Assembly (NCBI GenBank): GCA_951406725.2
Contig: OX597829.1
Span: 38,750,001-38,814,000 of the forward strand
DNA length: 64,000 bases
From: Octopus vulgaris
Taxonomy: Eukaryota
Direction of reading: 5' to 3'
Below, one piece after another: positions 35,263 to 52,914 of this stretch. The notes beneath the pieces are model-generated. The model saw nothing but the letters and a program-made list of their open reading frames with translations. It did no database searches and was not told the origin of the DNA. Position 1 is the first letter of the stretch. Each line of letters begins with the position of its first letter. Both the position numbers and the translations under genes were made by a program.

Positions 35263-38229
35263 AGCCACAAAAATCCTTGTGAAATACAACTACCCAGTGT
35301 TTCATGGCAGAAATATTAATTTATTTCATTATTTGTCAACTTGGTAGAAACAAGAAGATGGTTTAATAATTGTGTTTGATGCAACTGCAATTTGAATGAG
35401 CTTGCATGTTTAGAAAATGCATCTACCAAATCCACTCCCAAGGCTTTTGTCAGCCCAGAGTTACAACAGAAGACACTTGCCCAAGGTTCCGCACAGTGGG
35501 ACTGAACCCGGAACCATGTGATTGGAAAGTAAACTTTTTACCATACAGCCATCCTACACCTTAACTGTTCAATATTTTTTTTTTCTAACTTTAATGATTA
35601 TTTGGTGGTGGCTGGCATTAGAGGCAATGTCATTGATGATGATTATGGTTGATGGCATACATGACAAGGATGTTACTGATTACAATTACAGTGGAATAGC
35701 ATGGAATTTCTGCTGCCTGTTTTTCAAAATTTCTTGTGCTTCATGTATGATTGACTTTATTTATTCCATAAGTTTTGTTGTTCTCTCTCTTTTTCCCCTA
35801 CTTCTATCTCATTTTTTCTCTCCTGCCTATTTCCCAGTTTCTCTCTTCCACCTCTCTCTCTTCTTTTGACTTCTGATCAAAGTTAAAAGTAACATTAAAA
35901 GAATCGGTGTTTACTGCCATTTATTAACCCACCACCTTCACACACACACACACACACATATATCTGTGGTGTGTGTGTGTGTTCAAAATTAATGTAGAGA
36001 ATAACGACATAGAAGGCAAAGTGTAATTATCAGTTTGAGCCCAATGAGAGGTCAAGACAGTGGATGTGTCATTGACATTTTGAGCTTAAATTCTTCTTCA
36101 TAAAGTTAGACAGCTTAAAGAAAGCTCAACAATGTAAACAAGAGATAAATTCCTACTGTATATTCCTAACAACAAAAACACTAAATAAAATCTCAAAGCA
36201 GTTCTAATTTCAGTTCACTGAAATGTGTATGTGCTTTGCAAAAGATTAACAAAAGAATAAAATAAAATAAATGCGATATTTATTTACTTAGAAAGAAAAG
36301 GTACATCCAAGACTAGTTATTGCAGACATTTTCTTCTATCTGTATAATATTGTGTAAAAATAGTTCTACCCCTATTGAGTAACATTTCAGTGAAGTAAGC
36401 AGCAGACATAGAAAGTTCATATCTTAGTTGATATCAAATAAATTATTAGTCTTTATTCATTAACGGTTATATGTATGTGTATATTTGTTTGTATACTTTT
36501 TAAATTATCAAAACATTTGGATACATAATTGCTATATTTAGTTTTTATCAAGCTTTGGAAATATTTAGAAATTTGGGTTAGATCCAGTCCCAAGTTTACT
36601 AGATAAATACTCCACTACCTGTGACCTTCTCTTGGATGTTTTCATATTGTAGTGTTTATTGCAACATGAAACTGACACTTCCCTTGTGTTGCTACATGTA
36701 GTTTCACATGTAGCATAATTCCTCAGGCGATAAGTTAAAATGAACATTTAAGTAACAACATAGGAAAATACCAGCTGCATACAATAAACACACACACACA
36801 CATACTTGCACACATAGATAAATTCATATACACACATACGTTGAACCCAGGAAATAATTGCGTACTTTAATTTACTCTATTTCAAAACTATGTAGAATCT
36901 TGAGAAATCGATGAAAAAAGAATTTCATCTAATTATATAAATTAATAAATATTTGATTTGATTTTGCCATTTCTTTCTATCATATTGTCTGCCTTTTCTT
37001 TTTTCAATTCAGTTCTTCAGTTCTTATATAGATCTTAGAAATTATTTCTCAGTAAGGAGAAATCTAATGTAGGTACCTGTTCTTGCATGTGTTTCTCCAA
37101 ATATTCACATAATAGTTTAATTCTTACAATAATTATATACTAATGAGTTTTATAATTACATTATAGATTTTAAATGAAAGAAATCCTTTTTCTGTATTTA
37201 ATTTTTTTTTTTTTTTGCAATCTGAATATTTCTCTCTTCATTGGCTGAAATATTACTGCACCAGACAAAATGCTTAGCAGCCTTTTTTTTTTTTTTTTTT
37301 CTGGTTTTACATTCTGAGTTCAGATACTATCAAGGTTGACTGTGCCTTTCATCAGGGTCGATAAAAAAAGTTCCAGTCAAACACTAGAGTCTGCGTAATT
37401 GACTAGTCCCCCTCCCAACATATTTCAAGTTTTGTGGCTATAGTAGAATTATTATTATTATGAGGAATTGGCAAAATAATCAAAGGATTGCTGCATTTAC
37501 TGACAGTCCTTTTATGTTCTTCATGGCATAATATTTATTTTACTTTTAGAACATTTACATCTTCTCGGGTTTTACTGCATATATGTTCAGGTATGGCTGT
37601 GTGGTTCAGGTTCAGTTCCACTGCACAGCACTTTGAAGCAACTGTCTCACTCTGTAGTCCTAGGCAACCAAACTTTCATGAATGGATTTCATAAATGGAC
37701 ATTAAAAGAAATCTTATATATATATAAATAATGTGTGTATTTGTATGTGTGTGAGTATGTATATATATGGACATTAAATGATATATATATATATATATAT
37801 ATATCATGAGATCTATATCAACTGATTTGACTCTAGTATATAAATGAGATTGGAACCAATTCAGTATGAACTAAAAAGACTAAGCACTAAACACAGAAAA
37901 GTAATTACTATCTTATTAGTCTCCACCACACTTTGAAATATCAATTAATGGTCTTGGTGATGATGATTAAAAGAATAATTTGTACAGAAATCTCAAGACT
38001 TATTTTAATAATGTTTTCATTAAAAATAGTATTTGAAAGCATTGATTTTCATTTTGTTATATTGTTCTTGATTTAATCCAAAGATTTCTCTAGCAGTTTA
38101 TGAACATATCTCTCAAGAGATTTACAGTTTGTATGCAGCAACGGGCTTTAAAAATATCCAAGAATTTGGAGGAGTTTAGTAAAGTAACTTTCCCATTATT
38201 AAAAAGTTTCTCAGATAAAACTGCAATAG

Positions 38230-39680
38230 AATGTAATCAGCAAATAGCACCTCCTTGATCAGGATGCCTCTGATTTTGGTCTTGGCATGCAGATGTGAGA
38301 GATTGAACAGTTTCCCATCACTTCCACTGTGCAGAAACACTCCATCATCTGATGTCTCAAAGGCATGTGATAGCAGCAGCGAGATGCCAAATAATGTAGG
38401 AGCAAGGACACAACCTTGCTTTGCTCCATTTTTTATTTGGAAGGCAGCTGATGTTGAACTATTGTGCTGTATGGTGCATTGCATATCATCATGGAAAGAC
38501 TTGATGATCCTCAGCAGCTTTGGTGGACATCCGATTTTTTGGAGCAGGATGAAGAGGCCTTTTCTACTTAGCAAGTCAGAGGCCTTTGTCAGATCAATGA
38601 AGGCCATATATAATGGCATTTTCTGCTCTCTGGACTTCTCCTGAAGTTGGCGATTGGAGAATATCATGTCAATAGTTGATCTGCTTCTTCTAAAGCCACA
38701 CTGTGATTCTGGATAAATTCGAGAAGCAAGCAGTTGTAGCCTGCACAGGATAACGTGAGCAAAGGTCTTTCCAACAGTGCTTAGGAGAGATTTTCCACGG
38801 TAATTGTTACAATCACCATGGTCACCTTTGTTTTTGTAAAGCGTAATGATGATAGCATCCCACATATCCTGAGGGACTGTACCCTCTTCCCAGCACTGAC
38901 ACAGAAGCTCATGAAGGTGCCGAAGCAGGACGGTTTTTTTGCTGGCTTTGATGATCTCTGAGGGGATGCCGTCTTTTCCTGGAGCTTTGTTACTGGCTAG
39001 GGAGCCAATAGCCTTGGTGAGCTCTGCTATAGATGGCAGACTGTCAAGTTCGCACATGACTGGCAAGATCTTGACACCCTCGATTGCAGCCTCAGCTACC
39101 GTGGTCTCCCATGAATAGAGATCCTGGTAGTACTCCACCCATCTATCCATTTGCTTGCTTTGGTCCTTGATGAGATCTCCAGTAGTTGATTTTAGAGGGG
39201 CTGACTTGGTTGCAGATGGACCGAGGGCCATCTTCAAACCATCATACATCCCACTGGTGTCGCCACTGTCAGCAATTGACTGAATACTCTGACAGATTTC
39301 CTGCCAATACCTATTTGCACAGCGTCTGGCTGTCAGTTGGGTTTTATTTCTTGCCTTTCTGAGTTTTTCGCGTCACTCTTGTATTGCATCAGAGCTGTAC
39401 GCTTTGCTTCGATAACTGGTTCCAGCTCTGAGAACCCAGCACTGAACCAATCTGGCTTTTGCCTTTCTCTCATGCCGAAAGTATCTATTGATGTAGTATA
39501 CAAAGCTTCTCTGATATAATTCCACCTATCTTCAGCAGAGGAGGTTGGGCAGCTACTGAGAGCAACCTTGATAGAAACAGCAAAGCATTTTCACAGTGTA
39601 GGGTCCGAGGTCCTGGCAGTGTTAATGCGTGGTCGGCTCATTTTCTTGGAGTGATGGACTTTTTTAGGCAGAATCCTAGC
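38230..39680 (-). mobile_element. RTE (BovB-like) LINE internal fragment with partial reverse transcriptase
   Basis: ORF 38176-39249 contains KAPGKDGIPSE, DCNNYRG.SLLS, PESQCGFR..RSTIDMIF, FIDLTKA, GAKQGCVLAPTLF and LFAD; it breaks off at the catalytic motif. Confidence 0.92.
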
Positions 39681-40897
39681 ACTATTTGACAATTAAATTA
39701 AGTATATTTAGATAGTGTGAAAACAAGTACTCAAACATACTGCAGATCTTAAGGCACTTCTTGCACTTAGTTTTAATCAAATCAAAAGGGAAATAATAGA
39801 CTACAGTGGAATAAGAATGTTTTCAGTTAGACAAAATTTAATATTGAATTAGATAAATTTTATCAAATTTTAAAGAAGAACTATGTACACAAGGATCTAT
39901 AACATATTTATTTCATTAACAAAATATTCTGAGAAATTAGGCTTTTATTTGAAAGGAATTGTAAGCTTTTACTATAAAAGAAGAAAGGTATTTCTCAACT
40001 GATTTTTATTTATCCAAATAGTTTTAATTTATGCATGGAGCCATTCTGGTTTTGTATCATTACTGTTGTCGTATTTGTTGCTGTTGTTATTCTTCTTGCA
40101 AAGGACATAATTGTCACTTTTCTTCATATATTTTTGTATATATATATATATTCTTTTGCTTCTTCACATCTGTAAGAAAGAAACTATACCTTTAATATAT
40201 CTTTTTCATTCTTTTTTCTTATACATATTTTCTGTTCTCTTTCTCAAACAAAGCCTTCTGGGTAATACAGAATAGAGAAAAAGAAGGGTGTATTATTGAA
40301 GCCTTTTTTAAAAGATATATTTTATTAGATACAATCAAAAATGGTGGTGGTGGTGGTGGTAGTGGTGATAACACTGATCATCCAAAATGTAACGAAGATG
40401 TTTACCATTTAGCATAAAGGTTAAATGATTTGAGGTTACAGTGAATTCCCATCTTTTTGATAACAGGGTCAGAATATAGCTTGCTTCTGTCTGGCAGAAA
40501 ACCGGTACGAAACATAATTTATGATTCTGTTGTAGGAGGGCGCAGCCAGCTATAACAATATTTACTCCAAAAATCATTATTAAATTCTTTAAGTATTAAT
40601 AAAAAAAAATGTCACCCAAGAACATAATTGTTTTAAGTATGCATAAATATACCTATATATCTATCTATACATAGCACATATGTGTGTGTGTTTATTCTAA
40701 GTTGTGTTCCTTTGCATCAAAACAACAAAACAAAACGAAACTTACCAAGTGATTGTAACAAATTGAAATAAGTATATATGCATATAGCAACAAATGTGTA
40801 CATCTGTGTATATGTATATATATATATATATATATATGTCTGTGTGTGCTTATAACATGTGTATGTATATATAAATGTAATGTGTATAAGTGTGTGC

Positions 40898-40944
<47 letters not shown>

Positions 40945-41025
40945 GATGCATTGATATGTATGTATGTATGTATGTATATATATATGTGCATGTGTTTATA
41001 TACTGTGTATGTGTTTGTATGCCTA

Positions 41026-41056
<31 letters not shown>

Positions 41057-41716
41057 GTATATATTAGGATTTAAACACAAACACATTCTATTATATTCAT
41101 AAAATGTGTGATGCCAGATAAAACAAAAGATGCCATTCAGAGGAGGGAGAAATTTACCGTTTCTTGTGTCTTTTTTGTTTTACTAATTTCCTCACCACTC
41201 CACTTATTCACTCTGTCATTTATTCACATAATATTTCTTTTTTCTATAATCAAGCAGAAAGTTATATCTATTTATTCAGTAAAGATTATAGATTACATTA
41301 TTTGAAAGCACATCGTGATAAATTCAAATCTCTGAGCTACACCAGATTGTTTACGTTCTTCTTCATATTGGTTGTAGTTGCATGAATAGATGATTTTAAT
41401 TGCACTAATTACATACACACACATTTCATATATATATATATGTGTGTGTATATATATGTATATCTACAAGGCGTGTCAAAGGTGAATAGGATAAGAGAAA
41501 ACAATCTGTACATTTCAGAATATTACCCTCTTTCTTTAAATTTGATTCACACCTGGATTGTTTGTATGTATATATATATATATGTATGTATGTATGTATG
41601 TGTATATATATATTCTTTCATATGTTTCAGCCCTAAGGCTCTGGCCATGCTAGAGCACTTCAGTGTTGTCACCTTTTCATATATAAGTATATGTGTGTAT
41701 ATATGAATATGTATGC

Positions 41717-41753
<37 letters not shown>

Positions 41754-42551
41754 TATATATATATGTATGCATATGTATATATATATATACACATAGGTAT
41801 ATATATATGTATGCATATGTATATATATATATATACACATATATATATAGGTATATATATATGTATGCATATGTATATATATATATATATACACATATAT
41901 ATATATATATGTATGTGTGTGTATATATATATGCATTTATGCATACACATCATCATCATCATAGATGCTGGTTGTGCACATCCATTATATATAGCAGAAG
42001 TTTATTATCATATTTCTTTTGCAGTATCATCATGATATAATCTGGTCATAATTTGTTTTTAAAAATCGAATTAAATTTAAGTGTTTGCACTCAGAAAGAT
42101 TAAATCAGAAGTTGCATTATTTTTAAAACAGATTAAAGTTTACTATATTTGCATTGATCCTAGAGTTGTAGGTTCAAGCATAGTAGCACACTGTGTAATA
42201 ATAACCAGCATATACCACTGTGTTTGTGTAATGTGTATATGCACATATATAAATTGTATGAATCTATATATATATAGATTATAGATATGTATTCACTCAT
42301 ATATATACATATATATATATGAGTGAATATATATCTATATATACATATGAATGAATACGTATATATATGTATATATATGTGTATATATATGTATATATAT
42401 ATGTATATATATGTGTATATATATGTATATATATATGTATATATATATGTATATATATATGTATATATATGTGTATATATATGTGTATATATATGTATAA
42501 TATAATATATATATGTGTATATATATGTGTATATATATGTATATATATATG

Positions 42552-42583
<32 letters not shown>

Positions 42584-42804
42584 TACATATATATATATAT
42601 ACACATATATGAATGAATATATATATGTATACACATATATGAATGAATATATATATGTATATACATGTGAATGAATATATATATATATACACATATATGA
42701 ATGTATATATATATGCATATATGAATCTACATGTGTGTGTATATATATATATATATATATTTGAATCTATGTATATAATTCATATATGCATATATGAATC
42801 TACA

Positions 42805-42848
<44 letters not shown>

Positions 42849-43651
42849 AATCTATGTATATAATTCATATATGTATATATGAATCTATATGTGTGTGTGT
42901 ATTTGTGTGCATAGATATTTTTTATTGGGATTTTTATTGAATATCCATTATCAAGAGGGATATTTTTGCCCTTTTTAAAAGTTTTCCTTTTTTTTTTTAG
43001 CTTCTCCATTTTTATTTATTTTTTTTAAAATTAACATTTGTATATAAATAAAAACATCAAAAAGTGACTGTAGAGGAGGACACATTTTATGTACCATATT
43101 CCTGTTTGTATTTCAATGTTTTTTTTTTCAAGTGGTCAAGGTGGTTTTTGTTTTGTTTATTTTTTTTTATGTTATTCCAGTGAATGCTTTTTATATGATA
43201 TCACTATACAGATATTATATAAATACTCCTAGCACTATCAGCATTTTAACCAACTTCTTGCTACAGTATTTTAACAAGAGATTGTATTTATTTAGATTTA
43301 TGTAATCTTTTTCTTTAAGTTAATGTAACATATATTTGGGTATGTATATAATAATTATATTTGTTGATTATATATATGTATATATGTATGTATATAAAAT
43401 AGTAACATCCAAATGGCATTTTTGTACTTATGTCACACCAAAATCCCTGGTGATTTTGATCATCCGTCATTAATTGGATTTGGTAATTACATAACTACAG
43501 TATCCTGTCAGCACTTGATGTTGATAATGTTGTATTATATAACTTTCAGCTTTGTGTAATTATACCTAGCCATTTTCTGGCATCTTACATGTTGATATGC
43601 CTTGATTCTAAACAAATCCTTATAAATGTATGTATGTGCATGTATGTATGC

Positions 43652-43692
<41 letters not shown>

Positions 43693-45025
43693 TACACATG
43701 CAAACATACATTCACACTTACATATATACATACGTAGTCAACTATATATGTTCATACATATTTATTTATTTAAAGAAGCGTGGAGTTAAACTGCTGGCCT
43801 GGATATCTTTGTAACTTTGAAGCATTGCTAATATTGATAATAGAGAATATTCTTATTCTTATTCTTCTTATTATTATATGTACATTATTTCTTTTGTTAA
43901 TTCTGATATAATCTAATGTTCATTGCAAAAAAAAAATGAAAAATAGTGGCAAAAAAAACAAAGAAAATTTTAAAATTAAAAAAAATACAAAAAACAAAGC
44001 AATTAGAATTAAATAAATATAAAGTAGTATAGTGAGATGGAAAAAAAGTACCTGTATTTAAGTGGTATTAGATCAACTAATTTTTGTGCAAATTGCTATA
44101 CTTGATCTGTACATAAACAAACTCCCGAAATAATTGGATAAAATATATATATATATCATTATATATATAGTTTATTGTATTTTCTCCTCTCCCATCCCCT
44201 TTTTTGTGTTCATTTTTTTCTTGTGTGTTTGTACCTTGTTATTAAGGGCAGCTTCACTTTGTCATGCACAAAATAACTTCAATCTGTTGTTGTTGCTGTT
44301 GTTGTTTTGTTTATGTTTTTTGTTAGCATTTGTTTTGTTTTTCTATGATATAAATGGCAAGAACATTTATAATAGATAATCAAAATGAAATTTTAGTAAT
44401 TCTATTGCGGTGGTGAAAATCTGATAAATTTGATTTTAAAAATTAGGTTAAAATAAACTTTTCGAAACAATCATTCTGTCACTCTTAGACTTAGAATTAT
44501 GACATTTAAATAGACAATTTTTGATTGGTCTCATTATTTATACTTTGAAGAAAACAATTTTAACATAAATTGAATTTCTTTTTTTGATTTGCAAAAAACA
44601 AAAATTCAAATTTGAAAATTAAAAAAAATATTTTTTTTAAGAAATCTTTCTTCTGAATGTGAAAATTTAAAAATAAAGAGATATAAAAGATATGGAACGA
44701 AATTATGATTGTGTGTGTGTGTGTAATAAAGTAAAATAAAATATTTTAAATTGTATATTTAAATCTGAACCATGGAAATAAGCTGTCTGCAACACACACA
44801 CACACACACACATACATGCATGTGTATGTGTGTGTGTGTGTGTTTTAATATACATATGCATGTGTAAGAAAGTTTATACAAACGCATATATATATATATA
44901 TATATATATGTTATGTATGTATATATCAAATATGGAATATCAGCTGTAGAGGCTTTTGTTGAAAAAGAAAATTAAGTAGATATGATTTAAAATAATCCAT
45001 TTTAAATACTTAATATTAATGCTGT

Positions 45026-45079
<54 letters not shown>

Positions 45080-45704
45080 TTATTGGTTTATATTACTAAA
45101 TTGGTTTTGTGCGTGTAAATGAATACTTTTGTTATCTTAGTGAGGAAAATTTGATCAGTTAAAGTTCTGTCAACATATTAATGTTAACAAGTCTTTCCCT
45201 TTAATATTGCTCTTTTAGAATTTGTAGTTCAATTTCTTTATATTTTTTTATATTTTGAAATAATTAAATTGTGTTTTCCTCTTTTATCAAAAAGAAAAGC
45301 ATGAAAGCAAATAATGGTCATTAAGTATATTATATCACCTAAAAACCAATATTTTTCTATATTCACCATTCTTCTTCACGATTATGAAAAAAAAAAGCAA
45401 ATATATAAAATAAAAATAACTGAATGTTATTCCATACTTGAAAATTAAAATAAAATTTTAAAATTTTACTTATTTTTCTATTTAATATTTAGTTCTAATC
45501 AAATGAATTTGCGCTATAAACATCTAAGTTTTAAATATGTATCTTAAAATGAAAATAATTTAAAAAAACATGAAATACCAGTAAATTTATTATCATTTAA
45601 ATAAAACTATATCCTAATATGGTAGTATATTTCTTCTGCAGTAGTACGTTTGTGTGCGTAGGTGTAGATGTGCATGTGTGCCTGTATATTTGTGTGTGTG
45701 TGTT

Positions 45705-45824
45705 TATATATGTCTGTATGTTTATATATATATTTATATATATATATCTATATATATTTATATATATATATCTATATATTTTTATATATATCTATATATA
45801 TATTTATATATATATATCTATATA

Positions 45825-45855
<31 letters not shown>

Positions 45856-46077
45856 CTATATATATTTATATATATATATATTTTTATATATATATATTTA
45901 TATATATATATTTTTTATATATGTATATTTATATATATATATTTATATATATCTATATATTTATATATCTATATATTTATATATATATATATTTATATAT
46001 ATATATATTTATATATATCTATATATTTATATATATCTATATATTTATATATATATATATTTATATATATATATATT

Positions 46078-46155
<78 letters not shown>
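45705..46155. repeat. Interrupted (TA)n array with TTTA/TCTA variants
   Basis: Directly visible. Confidence 0.95.
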
Positions 46156-46158
<3 letters not shown>

Positions 46159-47556
46159 CTGTTCACAGCAGCCTAGCTATAGTTATGATAGTGCACTACC
46201 ATTGTAGTTATTATTGTTTACTTGATGTATAAAGAACTCTGTGGTTGAATAGAATCATACTTGTCAAAATGTATAATTTAAACTCAAGCTCATTTACTTG
46301 TTTTCTATAGTAGCAAAACTGACCTTGTTTATGGCACTGAAGTGATTTCTAGTTCACGTATTGGTGTAACACTCAGAAACAATTCTAGAATCGGTAGTAC
46401 CAAAATTTCTGCTATGTACATGATTTGCTTATGATAAAGTGGTAAAATTATGAAGGCATCGACATATGATTCACCATTCCATGAAATACAAGTTGTAATG
46501 CATTTAGTCATTCTAATTTTTCTAATTGGGCAACTTCTTTGAACAAAGCAGTTTAATTAATTTTTAATTCATAGACTATCTTAGCATGGAAGGGAGAGTG
46601 AAAGTAAGAATAGTAATCTACTTAGCTAAGAATTAGCATTTTCCAGAGTAGAGCTGATTCACTTTAAAGCTGTACTTTTTGAGCATGTGACTTGATCCAA
46701 GAACATTGAAACTGAAGCAATTACACTGTGGAAGAGCCTTTATAGACATTGAAAAATTACACACAAAGAAAAATACTAGTTCATTTTTGGTGTACTTTAG
46801 TGTTAAAATTTTCTTTATACCTTTGTGACCAACTGATCAGTGGTACATTTACAGAAACTAGGTTGCATTTAAGCATTTTAAAATTTTATTACCTCATGAA
46901 ATATATTAAAAGTTAATTTGTGAATGTCTTCTGTTTTATTTTTTGCTTTTTCTTTTCTTTTTTTAACAGTTAAACTGTTGCTTCCATAATGTAATTTCTC
47001 AGCTAACTCATTTCTTCGTGTATTTAACCTGTCAACCAACAGTCTACCACTAGTTAAATTTGTAATGAAAATATGCATCACTGCTCACTGGAAATTTCAC
47101 TCTCTCATTCATTCTGAGATCTTTCAAATGCAGTATATCTCTTTGGTTGAAAGCACATTTTTTTACCAGCTTTTCATTATTAAATGGGTTTTTTTAAACA
47201 TGTTTATATATATATATATATATATATTTACTTTTCTATATAGTGTGTATGTGGATATATATGTATATATATATGTGTATAAATAATATATATCATATAA
47301 ATATAAGTGTGCTTTACATATATATGTAAAGCACATATTTATACATATGTATATTGATATATATATATCTATATATATGCATGCATTTTTCATAGTCATG
47401 TATGTATTTTGTGTGTTTGTGTGTATATATATATATGTATTGTATAAATATAAATATGTATTTTTATATAATTATAGATAAATATATATTGTATAAATAT
47501 GCATACTGTAAATATGTATGAGTATATAGATATTTATATTGAATAAATATGTATAG

Positions 47557-47591
<35 letters not shown>

Positions 47592-49070
47592 ATAACAGCT
47601 TAATTTGGCTCCATACTAATTAGTCTTGTAGGCTCATCAAATAAACCAATTTTGTTGGACTTTGTTTGACAAGCCTATAACACCTTACATTGCATGGTGC
47701 TGAATCAAACTGTTATTAGATAATACATGTAACTCCTACCAGATGTGTTGAGTACCACATTATTTTGTTTGTCCACTCACTCATAAGTGTGCCTGGTGTA
47801 CTTTAATATGTGCAGAACAGGAACACGTTCTCTGTCAAACATATTGCCTTATAGACATGACTGTGCTGAAGTTTGGTCTTTGTTATTAAGGTTTCTCATA
47901 TTTCCTCATTAGTCCTTTACGTTTTGAACATCATCATTCCTAAGTCCTTTAGTGCACTGATATTTTGAAGCTATTTTAGTTTCATTCTCAGATTGAAATG
48001 ATCATAGAATGGCATTTCTTTCACAATGTCTGTGTTGGAGCACCAAAGGTCATGGAAGTGCCGGTGATTTTTACTGGTGATAAATCAGTTGTATAATCTT
48101 ATAAAGTCTTTATATATATAAGGCAGTCTCTAATCTGCAGATTATAATGAAGATATTTAGACTTCTTGAAATAAGATCTAAAATAACACAATCGCATAGA
48201 TTTAAATATCCCAGTGTTTTGAATGTATTTCAAATACTGTTGTGTTAAAAATGTCATGATGAAAAGGAATGCATAAGGATTAGTTTAATGAGTAATCTTT
48301 TTCAATGACATAAGTGTTTGTCATAGCTGGTCCCTGAGTATTTTCTTAATGGAATAATAGATAAAAATGCATATTAGACATGTAGAATCTTGGTGTTTAT
48401 TTTCAATGGAAATCTAAAAATATATTTATGATGAATCTTTTAATGTGTCAAATGTTAGTGTACAACATCATTATGAATTTTTAGTTACAATAATAATTAT
48501 GCTTTTATTTATGTGTGTGTGTGTTTCTTTTTAGTTTTTTTTTTTTGTAATTATCCAGAGAAATATTTCTTTGTGACATATTTGAAATTAAAATCAAGCA
48601 TTCTGTTTCATTTACAATTATGAGCAATTTGTAGCATTAGCAATTGTGAAAACTTTTTAGTTTTTAACAAGTATTTTTGTTAATTATTAAAATTTCTGTT
48701 ATATGATCATGCCACCATTAAGTTAGCTTGATTTGTTGAGGATACGATGCCTGGTTTGGAATTTTACCAGCAGGGAAGCTATTTTTCAACTGTAGATGTT
48801 AATTATTGTAGTATTTTCCTGACCATCTAAGCCCCTAAAAGGAGTGACTTTCTGGTCCTTTAAGCCATAAAGGTTGCTTATGATTAACACTCATATAACA
48901 TTGATTTGAGTCCTTCCTAGTTTATGAATTATCTACAGTGTGATTTGTCCTAAGTGGATTTCTTGTGAGGTTGCTATTTGTGTTTTACACATGTGTATAT
49001 GTTTATTTGTGAGTATGTGTGCATGAGAGCGAGAAGTAGGGTAGCTTACATTTATTTTTTTTTAAAAACT

Positions 49071-51500
<2,430 letters not shown>

Positions 51501-51955
51501 ATGTGTGTGCACATAGTATTTAAATTGTTTTGTTTTAAGGTTAATCCATAGATGTTAGCTTAGCTCTGTTGAAGAATTGTTCAGTATTTAATCTATTACT
51601 TTAAAAATCCATTCTACTTTACACTATCCCCACAGAAAACAGTCATGATCCACTGAGAGAACCTTCAATGATATAGCTTGATATCCCAAGGTAGTGCAGA
51701 TAACATATGCAAGTGATTGGTTGTACTTGGTATTTTTATTACTACCATAATTTTAACGCTATAACTATAACTCCGAACTACTATTGCTGCCTAACTCTTT
51801 ATAACAAAACTGCTATATGATGTATGTTTGTATGTATGTATGTATGTATAAGTATGCATATAATTTAATATTAATAATTATAATTTTTTTTAATTTAATT
51901 TTTTTCTGTGTCTACTTATTCATGTGTCTGCATGAATATGTGTATACATGTGTGT

Positions 51956-52005
<50 letters not shown>

Positions 52006-52059
52006 TATATATGTGTGTGTGTGTGTACATGTTTATGTATAAACGTGTGTGTATGTATG

Positions 52060-52105
<46 letters not shown>

Positions 52106-52576
52106 CAGTATTACAAACCTAGCTATGAATCATCTACCTATAAAGCCTATTATATTAAAAATTCAAGTTACATACAGTGATTAGTAATAAACAAGGATAC
52201 AACTAAATACACAAATATCAAAATTTTTTTTTCTCTAGTTTCAGCTCAGAGCTGTGGCCATGCTGATGCACCGCCGTTTAAAAATTTTGATTTCCTGGCA
52301 GAGATTTGAAACCTCCACCTCTATGTCACTACTTCTAACACCTTACCTACTAGGCCACCGCAACCAGCTCTTTATTTTCTTACTCTCATATCTTCCTATT
52401 AATCTCATATTAATTTATGTTAATCAATTATACCCCCTTTCTGTTAAGCAAGGCATCAATAGAAATGAGAGTAGATCTTAATCTTCAATCATTAGCTTTT
52501 TCTTCTCATTAAAACTGCTTAAAATGCATTTCATCAATGTTCTTTTTTCCCCTCTTACAGCCAATGTTTTTTTCTT

Positions 52577-52652
<76 letters not shown>

Positions 52653-52914
52653 TCCCTCCCTCTCTCTCAATTATGTAGTTTATTTAATCCATTGCCTGGT
52701 TTTGGGGTATCTTTAGCAGAGTTCATTCTATAGCAAGTATTTGAACTGAGTCTCCTGTTTTGAGAATAACTTCCTCCATTCTTTCTACAAGTCTCTGAAT
52801 CCCTGAATAAAATAAAGGTTATGAGTGCTTCCTGACCCTGAAATTTTTTTTTTGTATCACTGACTGAATGTTAAAAAAACATTGTTACATTTTATTAATA
52901 TTTTTGTCTTTCAT

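Noticed and set aside
40335-40577. 80-aa minus-strand ORF in non-repetitive sequence
   Set aside because: No recognisable domain or flanking splice signals; ends in a (CAC)n repeat.
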